A stretch of DNA of 64,000 nucleotides from an uncultured Verrucomicrobiae bacterium (GTDB lineage: Bacteria; Verrucomicrobiota; Verrucomicrobiia; Palsa-1439), in assembly GCA_963812605.1 (NCBI GenBank), contig CAWEWF010000005.1:32001-96000 (forward strand), read 5' to 3'. The position numbers and the translations under genes are program-made. Positions 40,017-48,410 of this stretch are shown in pieces (within the stretch, counting starts at the first letter, position 1; the number at the start of each line of letters is the position of its first letter). The notes under the pieces were generated by a model that was not told the DNA's origin, did no database searches, and worked only from the letters and a program-made list of their open reading frames with translations.

Positions 40017-40309
40017 AAAGAATCCTTTCCATGTTGGGAGCGTCCCGGGCCAAGCCGGGGAAGGTGGGAGACAGAGTGATACTGCGTCCTGATGAGCCAC
40101 TGCTCGATGTGCCTGCGTGATGCGCCAAAAATCAACGTGCCCTGCGATTCTGGAGGGATACGGAGGAGCAAACGCAAACGAGACGCCAACCTCGCCATTT
40201 CTCCAAGCGGGTCGCAGTACAGCAAAACATCGCCCGACGGTCAAGATAATTCAGGCTTCCAGAGCATGTGGCCGCCGCGCCGGCCTCACCCGCTCAGAGG
40301 TTGTAGCAG

Positions 40310-40390
40310 GTATCCTCAGCATTGCCATCCTCGTCCAAGCCGGTCCGCTCAAGAACCAGCCCCACCCCACGTGCCCCGTCAGCCGGATAC
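40310..40390. repeat. Diverged structured intergenic motif, copy A
   Basis: 40334-40390 aligns to 42627-42682 (42/57 identical); both copies bounded by TATCC...GGATA. Confidence 0.65.
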
Positions 40391-40421
40391 AAAGAAAGAG
40401 CCCCGCAACCCTGCGGGGCTC
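40390..40421 (-). terminator. Rho-independent terminator of the 528-aa gene
   Basis: Perfect 10-bp stem GAGCCCCGCA/TGCGGGGCTC followed by TTTCTTT on the minus strand. Confidence 0.8.
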
Positions 40422-40456
40422 ATCCCGATGACGGACGCGATTAACGGGTCTGGACG

Positions 40457-42043
40457 CTAATTCTGCTGGTAGAGGTTGAGTGTTACAGTTGCAGTTTTGG
40501 TCTTTGTTCCAACTTCATACTTATACTTCATCTCCGTTTTTCCAAGCAGGGTGAAACCTGCAGGGGCCACAGAGTTAGTCGGCAGAGCTAGGTACGCACC
40601 TTGCGGCAGTACAGAACCCGCAGGTCCTTGTGGGCCTGTCGCTCCTGTCGCTCCCTGTGGACCCACAGGTCCTTGCGGGCCTACTAGAGCGGTCAGGTTT
40701 GTCGTCCCGAGTTGACCTTGGGAGTTCACGACGACCACTGCGCCGCCTGCCAAACTGACTCCACTAATCCCAGCGATAAACGTATTCGTGTGGGTGCCTT
40801 GTGTGCCGATACGAATGATGCCAGCTTCATCGGCGACACCTTGGTTGCCAATATCAATATTGTTTTCGCCCACAGTAATATTGGAACCAGCCGATGCTCC
40901 CAGTGCGATGTTGTTGCTGCCCGTCGTGTCTCCTGCGAGCGCCTCGAACCCGATGGCCGTGTTATTGTCGGAATCGTTGTTGTAAAGCGCGTGGAAGCCT
41001 TCGGCAGTGTTCGCAGAACCGTCGGCGTTGAGATACATCGCAAACGCGCCATCCGCCGTATTCTGGCCGCCCGTTATATTGAATTGGAGCGCCGCCGTGC
41101 CGGAGGCCGAGTTCTGGGTGCCGATCGTGTTGGAGAGGAGAGCGTTCTGGCCGATGGCGGTGTTCTGGCCGCCCGTCGTGTTGTCTTCGAGCGCATTTTC
41201 GCCGACGGCCGTGCTCCCGGAAGCCGTCGTGTTGGACTGGAGCGCCGAGATGCCAACGGCTGTGTTCTGCCCGCCCGATGTGTTGGATACGAGCGCCTCG
41301 TAGCCGATGGCCGTGTTGCTGCTGCCCGACGTGTTGTCTTCGAGCGCGTAGGCGCCGATGGCCGTGTTTTGGTCGCCATCGTTGTTGTAAAGCGCGTGGA
41401 AGCCTTCGGCAGTGTTCGCAGAACCGTCGACGTTGAGATACATCGCAAACGCGCCATCCGCCGTATTCTGGCCGCCGGCTATATTGAATTGGAGCGCCGC
41501 CGTGCCGGAGGCCGAGTTCTGGGTGCCGATCGTGTTGGAGAGGAGAGCGTTCTGGCCGATGGCGGTGTTCTGGCCGCCCGTCGTGTTGGACTGAAGCGCA
41601 TTTTCGCCGACGGCCGTGCTCCCGGAGGCCGTCGTGTTGGATTGGAGCGCCGAGATGCCAACGGCTGTGTTCTGCCCGCCCGATGTGTTGGATACGAGCG
41701 CCAAAGCGCCGACGGCCGTGTTGCTGCTGCCGGTCGTGTTGACGAGGAGTGCGTTGTAGCCGTCGGCGGTATTGTACCCGCCACTCGTGACGTGATTGAG
41801 CGCAGCGACACCTCCTGCGGTGTTCGTGCCGCCACTCAGTGTGAGGTTGCCAGCCAACTGGCCGACAAAGAAGTTTCCATTGTTATCGGCATCCAGCAGC
41901 AGAGCAGTTCCAGAGTAGATGATGTCGTTGGTCACCTGGGTGGCGGGCAGGTACAACGTCGTGAATGTTTGGCCGACGGCGATCGAAAGCGGCGCCGCGA
42001 CCAGCGCCAGTGTGATGACGAGTATTCCGAGCTTGGATTTCAT
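40457..42043 (-). CDS. Secreted beta-solenoid repeat (NTAxG..AL) adhesin-like protein with a short collagen segment
   Basis: Signal peptide; >20 fourteen-residue NTA(I/V)G repeats; GPQGPVGPQGATGATGPQGPAG; GAGGAG SD. Confidence 0.85.
   Translation of the reverse strand: MKSKLGILVITLALVAAPLSIAVGQTFTTLYLPATQVTNDIIYSGTALLLDADNNGNFFVGQLAGNLTLSGGTNTAGGVAALNHVTSGGYNTADGYNALLVNTTGSSNTAVGALALVSNTSGGQNTAVGISALQSNTTASGSTAVGENALQSNTTGGQNTAIGQNALLSNTIGTQNSASGTAALQFNIAGGQNTADGAFAMYLNVDGSANTAEGFHALYNNDGDQNTAIGAYALEDNTSGSSNTAIGYEALVSNTSGGQNTAVGISALQSNTTASGSTAVGENALEDNTTGGQNTAIGQNALLSNTIGTQNSASGTAALQFNITGGQNTADGAFAMYLNADGSANTAEGFHALYNNDSDNNTAIGFEALAGDTTGSNNIALGASAGSNITVGENNIDIGNQGVADEAGIIRIGTQGTHTNTFIAGISGVSLAGGAVVVVNSQGQLGTTNLTALVGPQGPVGPQGATGATGPQGPAGSVLPQGAYLALPTNSVAPAGFTLLGKTEMKYKYEVGTKTKTATVTLNLYQQN
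40975..41702. repeat. Near-identical intragenic duplication, 405-bp period
   Basis: TGTAAAGCGCGTGGAAGCC at 40981 and 41386; TGGAGCGCCGAGATGCC at 41238 and 41643. Confidence 0.9.
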
Positions 42044-42603
42044 TACGGTCTCCTCTTTGGGGTTTGTCTGGGGTTAGCCCAGACGTTGTTTGTTTGTGCG
42101 ATTCTGTGGAAGTGAAGCGCTCCCTGCTGGTTGGCCATGTCGCCGCCGGCCGCTTCGGGGACGGGCACATTGAAACCGATGCCCGAGCCGACCCGTTTTG
42201 CACAGTGGCCAGATATACCAATCGGGATTTCCCATTTGTCATCAAATTCAAGCGACGAATCTTCCTGGTCGGTTCTTCTCTGGAAAAAGGCAGTGGGGAA
42301 CCGTCCCGGCCGCAAGACCAGTGCGATAGCCCGGTGGCATGCGCCGATTCAAAAAGATTAGCGGCTGGGCGTGGAGATATCGTCGCGTGTGGATGAACCG
42401 CTTTCCGGTGCGACCCGCAAGATTCGTCGAACGTCAATGTGACCTGAGATTCTGGAAGAGCAAGAAGGAGGGAAACGCGAACGCGACGCCAGCCTCAACC
42501 TGTCACCAGCGAAGAGCAGACAAAAAAACGACCGAAATGTCCAGCAAATTCAAGGGTTTCAAGGCGATGATGATTGCAGTGTTGTAATCTTCTAGTAAGG
42601 CTT

Positions 42604-42682
42604 TATCCGACATCTACGTACGGCTCTCCAAGCCGTCCGCTCAGGAGCTAATCTTAATCTGCGCGCTCCGTCACCCGGATAC
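42604..42682. repeat. Diverged structured intergenic motif, copy B
   Basis: Stems TATCCG/CGGATA, ACGGCT/AGCCGT and GGAGC/GCTCC form a three-way junction. Confidence 0.65.
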
Positions 42683-42694
42683 GTTGTTTCATCC

Positions 42695-42734
42695 AAGGCC
42701 GTCCCGGAGAAGTCCGGGGCGGCTTCTGGTTTTT
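42695..42734 (+). terminator. Rho-independent terminator with no upstream plus-strand gene
   Basis: GCCGTCCCGGA-GAAG-TCCGGGGCGGC followed by TTCTGGTTTTT. Confidence 0.7.
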
Positions 42735-42762
42735 GGGCGGGGGGCCGACGATCACGACGGGC

Positions 42763-42791
42763 TTGCAACAATCTGCGCGCTTCCCTATGCT
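42763..42791 (+). promoter_or_regulatory. sigma70 promoter of mlaE (leaderless)
   Basis: TTGCAA-17nt-TATGCT, 8 nt before ATG 42800. Confidence 0.65.
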
Positions 42792-42799
42792 CACGCGAC

Positions 42800-43585
42800 A
42801 TGACCGAGGCGCTTGCAAGTTTTCGAGAGTTCGTGATCGGCCAGCTTAACCAGCTGGGCGCGATGCTGCTGCTCCTGCTCGACATTCTCAAGACGGCCGT
42901 TACGAAGCGACCGCGCTGGAAGGAAATGCTCGAGCAAATCTACAAGATCGGCTGGCAATCCCAGGTGGTCGTGGTGATCACCGGCGCGTTCACGGGAATG
43001 GTGTTTGCCGATCAAATCTACACCCAGTTTCACAAGGTGAAGATGGATACGGCGGTCGGCCCGGTCATCAGCGTGGCCATGACCCGCGAACTGGCCCCGG
43101 TCTTGACGGCTTTGATGGTCGCGGGTCGCGTGGGCGCGGCAATCGCGGCGGAACTGGGCACGATGAAAGTGACCGAGCAATTGGATGCCCTCCGCACGGT
43201 GGGAACGGCGCCGGTGGACTATTTGGCCGTGCCGCGGTTCATCGCCCTGCTGCTGGCGCTGCCGCTGCTCACGGCCGAGGCGATGTTCTTCGGCATTTTC
43301 AGCGGGTATTTGGTCGGGGTGGACATGCTGGGGATCGACCAGGCGTACTTTTTGACGAACATGTACAAGTTTACGAGCGCCAAGGATGTGGTTAGCGGCC
43401 TGATCAAGTCCGTCTTCTTCGCGGTCTTCATCGGGCTGATTTCCTGTTACAAGGGTTTCCAGGCGGGTGAAGGGGCGGAAGGCGTCGGGCGCGCCACGAC
43501 GCAGGCCGTCGTGGTGTCTTCGCTGACGGTTCTCATCGCCAATTTTTTCATTGCGGTGCTGTTCAACGCTATCATCCCCCCATGA
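42800..43585 (+). CDS. mlaE: MlaE-family ABC permease
   Basis: RELAPVLTALMVAGRVGAAIAAELGTMKVTEQLDAL; GAEGVGRATT. Confidence 0.93.
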   Translation: MTEALASFREFVIGQLNQLGAMLLLLLDILKTAVTKRPRWKEMLEQIYKIGWQSQVVVVITGAFTGMVFADQIYTQFHKVKMDTAVGPVISVAMTRELAPVLTALMVAGRVGAAIAAELGTMKVTEQLDALRTVGTAPVDYLAVPRFIALLLALPLLTAEAMFFGIFSGYLVGVDMLGIDQAYFLTNMYKFTSAKDVVSGLIKSVFFAVFIGLISCYKGFQAGEGAEGVGRATTQAVVVSSLTVLIANFFIAVLFNAIIPP

Positions 43586-44346
43586 TCAAGATCGAGGGAC
43601 TATGGAAGAGTTTCGGTGATCTGGAAGTCCTGCGGGGCCTGGATTTGGAGATCCGCGACGCCGAAACCATTGTCATCATCGGGCGCAGTGGCGGCGGCAA
43701 AAGCGTGCTGTTGAAGCATCTCTGTGGGTTGCTCAAGCCGGACAAGGGCAAGATCTTGGTGGACGGCGTGGACATCGTGCCGCTGGACGAGGAGGAACTT
43801 ACGCCGATCCGCAAGCAGTTTGGCTTTCTCTTCCAGGGTGCGGCGCTCTTTGACTCGATGACGCTCTATGACAATGTGGCCTTTCCGCTGCGCGAGGAAC
43901 GCCGCCCCGAGACGGAGATCCGCAAGCGCGTCGACGAGGCGCTGGCCATCGTCGATTTATTGAAGGCCGAGGACAAGAAACCGGCTGAACTCAGTGGTGG
44001 CATGCGCAAGCGCGCGGGTTTGGCGCGGGCGGTGGTGGCCAACCCAAAATACATTCTCTACGACGAACCGACCACGGGGCTGGATCCCATTCGCGCCGAC
44101 AATATCAACCAGTTGATTTTGCGGTTGCACGACCAATTGCACTGCACGGGGGTTGCAGTGACGCATGACATGGTCAGTGCGTACAAGATTGCGGATCGCA
44201 TCGCGATGCTGCACGAGGGAACCATCCATGTGGTCGGTACGCCGGAAGAAATCCAGGCAACCCAGGACCCGATCGTAAAACAATTCATTACAGGCGTTGG
44301 CGACGTCAATCAGGAGGTGCAGCATGGCGCAGCAGCGGTTCACTGA
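43582..44346 (+). CDS. mlaF: MlaF-family ABC ATPase
   Basis: GRSGGGKS, FQGAALFDSMT, LSGGMRKR, YDEPTTGLDP. Confidence 0.93.
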   Translation: MIKIEGLWKSFGDLEVLRGLDLEIRDAETIVIIGRSGGGKSVLLKHLCGLLKPDKGKILVDGVDIVPLDEEELTPIRKQFGFLFQGAALFDSMTLYDNVAFPLREERRPETEIRKRVDEALAIVDLLKAEDKKPAELSGGMRKRAGLARAVVANPKYILYDEPTTGLDPIRADNINQLILRLHDQLHCTGVAVTHDMVSAYKIADRIAMLHEGTIHVVGTPEEIQATQDPIVKQFITGVGDVNQEVQHGAAAVH

Positions 44347-45352
44347 ACTCAGAGTAGGGATTTTCGTAGCGGTTTCCCTGGTGTTGGTTGCCGGCTTGAT
44401 CCTCAAGTTCGGCAAATACGAGCGGTTGGCGAGGAAGAGTTACCGAATCACCGTCGTCTTCGCGGACGTGGGCGGCATCGTCCGGGACGCCGATGTGCTG
44501 TACGGCGGCATTGCCGTCGGCAAGGTGGGGAACATCACGCTCGATCAAGAGGGGGTGCTCAAGGTCAGCGTCCAACTGGACATCGATCAGACGGTAAAGA
44601 TCCGCAACGACGCGAAGTTCGTCATCAACCAATCCGGACTGCTCGGCGACCGGTATATCGATGTGATGCCACAGGGCGCAACCAACGAGTTTCTCAAGGC
44701 CGGAGATACCGTCGAGGGGACGGCCAGCATGGATCTTACCGAGGCGATCCACGGGGTGGTGGACGTCCTGCATCAAGCCGGGGGCACGATCGAGCGGGTG
44801 GACAAGGCCATCCAGCGCATCGACGAGACAGTGTTGAGTCGCCAGAGCCTGGAGCATATCGACGCCTCCCTGGCCAACATCGATGTGGCCAGCAGCAACG
44901 CCGTCGGGCTGACGGCAAGCATGCGCAGTATCGTTGATGAGAATCGCGGCAAGGTGGACAGTACGTTGACGCGGTTTTCGGATGCCGCCGACAATCTCAG
45001 CCGGACTTCCAAAAACGTCGACCAACTTGTCAGTGCCAACCAGGATGACATCCGCGCGGCGATGAAAAACCTGGCCGAAAGCACAACGCGGGTAAACGAT
45101 ATTCTCGCGCGATTGGAGAAGGGCGAGGGAACGGTCGGTAAGTTGCTCGTCGATCCCACGTTGCATGACGAAATTGTGCACCTGGTGCAAAATTGGCGTA
45201 AATACGGCCTGCTGTACAAAGAAGGCAACCGCGCGGACTCCAGACCCCCCGTCCACTCGAACATTAACGTCGGCCCGCAGCCCTCGCGGCCTGTCCCAAG
45301 TGGGGGCGGAACCCTCATTTTCGGCACCGACTCCACGACACCGGCCCGGTAG
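44324..45352 (+). CDS. mlaD: MlaD/MCE-domain protein with long helical stalk
   Basis: ELRVGIFV TM; GIAVGKV; GLLGDRYI; GEGTVGKLL; AGGAGG SD. Confidence 0.9.
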   Translation: MAQQRFTELRVGIFVAVSLVLVAGLILKFGKYERLARKSYRITVVFADVGGIVRDADVLYGGIAVGKVGNITLDQEGVLKVSVQLDIDQTVKIRNDAKFVINQSGLLGDRYIDVMPQGATNEFLKAGDTVEGTASMDLTEAIHGVVDVLHQAGGTIERVDKAIQRIDETVLSRQSLEHIDASLANIDVASSNAVGLTASMRSIVDENRGKVDSTLTRFSDAADNLSRTSKNVDQLVSANQDDIRAAMKNLAESTTRVNDILARLEKGEGTVGKLLVDPTLHDEIVHLVQNWRKYGLLYKEGNRADSRPPVHSNINVGPQPSRPVPSGGGTLIFGTDSTTPAR

Positions 45353-45428
45353 CGAAACCACGGTGCGGGGGATGGTGCTCTGGCCTTAAACCTGCTTCTT
45401 TTGTTCACGAAGCTATAGGTTTAGAGCT

Positions 45429-46496
45429 ATGACGCTGTTAATGTTACGGGTGTTTTTTCTGATCCTCTGCGTGATGGGGAGTTGGTCCATTTCGCAGTTG
45501 GAGGATCAGTGGGCGCAGCATCCCGTCATCGCCATCCTGATCGGCCTGGTCGGCGGCGGTGCGTTCATCGGCATCGATAAGCTCCTGAAAGGTTTCTCGT
45601 TGCGCGGGCTTTCCGCCGCCACGTTCGGCATTCTCACCGGGTTCACGATCAGCTATTTCATTGGCAATTCCGTATTATTCAAATTCATCGATGACGAACC
45701 CAAACTCATCGCGCAGATCGTCATGTACGTGGTCGGCACCTATCTCGCGATGGTGATCGCTCTGCGGGCCAAGGACGAGTTCAACATGGTCATCCCCTAC
45801 GTGAAGTTCATCAAGGAGAACAAGCCCGAGCGGCTCGTGTTGCTCGACACGAATATCATCATCGACGGTCGCATCCAGGAGGTTTGCCTGACCGGCTTTC
45901 TCGATGCGGTGTTCATCGTGCCGCGGTTCGTGCTGGATGAATTGCAGTACATCGCCGACGCCGGGGATGAAGTGAAGCGCGTGCGCGGACGTCGCGGTCT
46001 CGAAGTGCTCAAGATGCTCCAGCTCAACCCACGCGTGGAAGTGAAGTTTCACGAGAACGACCTGCCCGAGGTGAAGGAAGTGGACGGGAAGCTGGTGCAG
46101 TTGGCGAAGATGCTGCCGGCCGAAATTTTGACCAATGACTACAACCTCAATCGGATCGCCGAGTTGCAGCACGTGAAGGTGCTCAATCTTCACGAGCTTG
46201 GCAAATCCTTGCGTCCCGTCGTCTTGCCGGGCGAAAAGCTTACGGTTCGCCTCATCAAGGAGGGGCGCGAACCGCAACAAGCCATCGCCTATCTCGACGA
46301 CGGGACGATGATCGTCGTCAATCGCGCGCGCCGTTCTATTGGACAGGAGATTGAGGTCACCATCGCCAGCGTACTGCAAACGGCCGCGGGCCGCATGGCG
46401 TTCGCCGAAGTGGCCAATGGCCATGCGAACGGGAATGACCACACCGAGACCGAGTCGCCGGCCGAAGAGCCGGGCAAGCTTGCTCCTGTAAACTGA
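45429..46496 (+). CDS. YacL-like membrane PIN/TRAM-domain protein
   Basis: 4 TM; LDTNIIIDGRI; RGRRGL; TNDYNL; YLDDGTMIVV; LQTAAGRM. Confidence 0.92.
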   Translation: MTLLMLRVFFLILCVMGSWSISQLEDQWAQHPVIAILIGLVGGGAFIGIDKLLKGFSLRGLSAATFGILTGFTISYFIGNSVLFKFIDDEPKLIAQIVMYVVGTYLAMVIALRAKDEFNMVIPYVKFIKENKPERLVLLDTNIIIDGRIQEVCLTGFLDAVFIVPRFVLDELQYIADAGDEVKRVRGRRGLEVLKMLQLNPRVEVKFHENDLPEVKEVDGKLVQLAKMLPAEILTNDYNLNRIAELQHVKVLNLHELGKSLRPVVLPGEKLTVRLIKEGREPQQAIAYLDDGTMIVVNRARRSIGQEIEVTIASVLQTAAGRMAFAEVANGHANGNDHTETESPAEEPGKLAPVN

Positions 46497-46516
46497 GTTC
46501 TGTTAGTCTCCCGCGC

Positions 46517-47200
46517 ATGGTTACGGCCATCGTGCTGGCTGCCGGGCGCTCGACGCGCATGGGCGGCGGCCCCAACAAGCAATTCATCGAGCTTCTCGGG
46601 AAACCGCTCATTTGCTATTCGCTGACGGCGTTTGAGTTGTGCGGCGCGGTCGACGCGATCATTCTGGTGCGCAGCCCCGATTATGCGCAAGAGGCGGAAC
46701 AGATTGTACGCGAGTTTGGCTTCCAGAAAGTGGTCGCTGTCACCGACGGCGGCGTCGAACGCCAGAACTCGGTGTGGAACGGCCTGGAGAAATGCGATCC
46801 CGCCACGGAAATTGTTGCGGTCCACGACGGCGCCCGGCCATTGGTGACCGCCGCTCTGATTCAATCCACGATCGTCAGCGCCCGCTCATTCGGCACTGGG
46901 ATTGCCGCCACCAAGGTTGTCGATACCCTCAAGGAGGCTAACGACGACAAAACCGTTGTCCGCACGGTAGATCGCACGAAGCTGTGGGCCGTTCAAACGC
47001 CACAGACGGTTCGTTATGCGTTGCTCAAGAATGCTTACGCGAAAATATTTGCGGACAAGGCCATCGTGACGGACGAAGCCGCCGCCGTCGAGTCGCTGGG
47101 CCAGAAGGTCCATCTGGTCGAGACGCCGTTCCTGAACCTGAAGATCACGACATCATCGGACCTCGCAATTGCCGAAGCCTTGCTACGTGTGCGGTCATGA
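46517..47200 (+). CDS. ispD: 2-C-methyl-D-erythritol 4-phosphate cytidylyltransferase
   Basis: LAAGRSTRM, RQNSV, VHDGARP, VQTPQ, NLKITT. Confidence 0.95.
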   Translation: MVTAIVLAAGRSTRMGGGPNKQFIELLGKPLICYSLTAFELCGAVDAIILVRSPDYAQEAEQIVREFGFQKVVAVTDGGVERQNSVWNGLEKCDPATEIVAVHDGARPLVTAALIQSTIVSARSFGTGIAATKVVDTLKEANDDKTVVRTVDRTKLWAVQTPQTVRYALLKNAYAKIFADKAIVTDEAAAVESLGQKVHLVETPFLNLKITTSSDLAIAEALLRVRS

Positions 47201-47923
47201 AGCCTCGCCACATTGTAGCCTTGGGCGGAGGAGGCTTCAGCGACGAGCCCGACGGTTCATCGTTGGATGATTTCATTTTCGGTTTGTCACGCAAACGTCG
47301 CCCGAAAATCTGTTTTCTGGGTACCGCTACTGACGATAGTGATAGCTATTTCCAAAAATTCTACAAAGCGATGGCTCGACGAAAATGTGAGGCCTCGCAC
47401 CTGGGACTTTTCAATCGGACGCATCTGGACCCGGCCAAGTTCTTGTTGCAGCAGGACGTGATCTACGTCGGTGGTGGAAATACGGCCAACATGCTGGCGA
47501 TTTGGCGCGTCCATGGCGTTGATCGCGCGCTGCGGACGGCCTGGCAGCAGGGGATTATCTTGGCGGGCATCAGCGCGGGGGCGAATTGCTGGTTCGAGGC
47601 GTGCAGTACGGATTCATTTGGACCTCTGGCACCCTTGCACGACGGCTTGGGGCTCTTGCCGGGGTCAGTCTGTCCGCATTACGATGGGGAAGAAGAAACG
47701 ACGGCCGACGTTGCTCCGTTTTATCGCCAGCGGCCAACTGCCGGATGGCTTCGCCCTGGATGACTGCGCGGCCGCACATTTTGTCGGGCGTCGATTTGTC
47801 GAAGCCGTGAGTTCGCGGCCCAAGGCGAAGGCGTATCGCGTGGTTCGTGTCGGAAAGCGGGTGGTGGAAGAAGTGATCCCCACCCGATTTCTCGGCGTTG
47901 CTTCAGGTACGCGGGTAAGGTAA
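47197..47923 (+). CDS. Peptidase E (S51 family); 1-nt frameshift at ~47690
   Basis: ALGGGGFS, YVGGGNT, GISAG, CPHYDG, then KKRRPT...GFALDD in the shifted frame. Confidence 0.85.
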
Positions 47924-47936
47924 GCTCCGAAATCTT

Positions 47937-48410
47937 ATGAACCGCGTTGGAATTGGAATCGACGTGCATCGTTTTGTCCCCGGCCGCAAGTGCATCCTGG
48001 GAGGGGTCGAAATCCCGCACGACGTTGGGTTGGAAGGCCACAGCGATGCAGACGTGCTGGCGCATGCCATTGCCGATGCGTTGCTGGGAGCGGCGGCGCT
48101 CGGGGATATCGGGAAGTATTACCCACCCAACGACATGAAGTTCAAGGACATGAACAGCATGGTCATTGTGAAGGAATGCGCCGAGCGCGTGAGGCAGGCC
48201 GGCGGCCGGATCAATAATATCGACGCCATGATTATTGCCGAAGCGCCGAAGATGGCCCCGCACATCCCGAAGATGCAGGAAATCCTGGGAAAAAACCTGG
48301 GTGTCACGCCAACCCAGGTTGGCGTCAAAGCAACGACCAGCGAGCACATGGGATTCACCGGCCGCGAAGAAGGCATTGTCGTGGTGGCGATCGCCTCGGT
48401 GGAAATGTGA
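47937..48410 (+). CDS. ispF: MECDP synthase
   Basis: GIGIDVH, GHSDADV, GDIG, KATTSE. Confidence 0.96.
   Translation: MNRVGIGIDVHRFVPGRKCILGGVEIPHDVGLEGHSDADVLAHAIADALLGAAALGDIGKYYPPNDMKFKDMNSMVIVKECAERVRQAGGRINNIDAMIIAEAPKMAPHIPKMQEILGKNLGVTPTQVGVKATTSEHMGFTGREEGIVVVAIASVEM

Noticed and set aside
40085-40130. CTGATGAG as a hammerhead ribozyme core
   Set aside because: No matching GAAA element or flanking stems
40117-40431. ORF containing RRAGLTRSEVVAGILSIAILV, resembling a prepilin N-terminus
   Set aside because: Motif is degenerate, has no suitable start or downstream pilin sequence, and overlaps the repeated non-coding motif; may be chance
39200-41702. Regularly spaced DNA repeats as a possible CRISPR array
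   Set aside because: The repeats are in-frame protein repeats inside ORFs; no unique spacers and no cas genes
42120-42240. GCCACTG and hairpins upstream of the 528-aa gene as a cobalamin or c-di-GMP riboswitch
   Set aside because: Other conserved elements (B12 box, GEMM GAAA/receptor pattern) are missing
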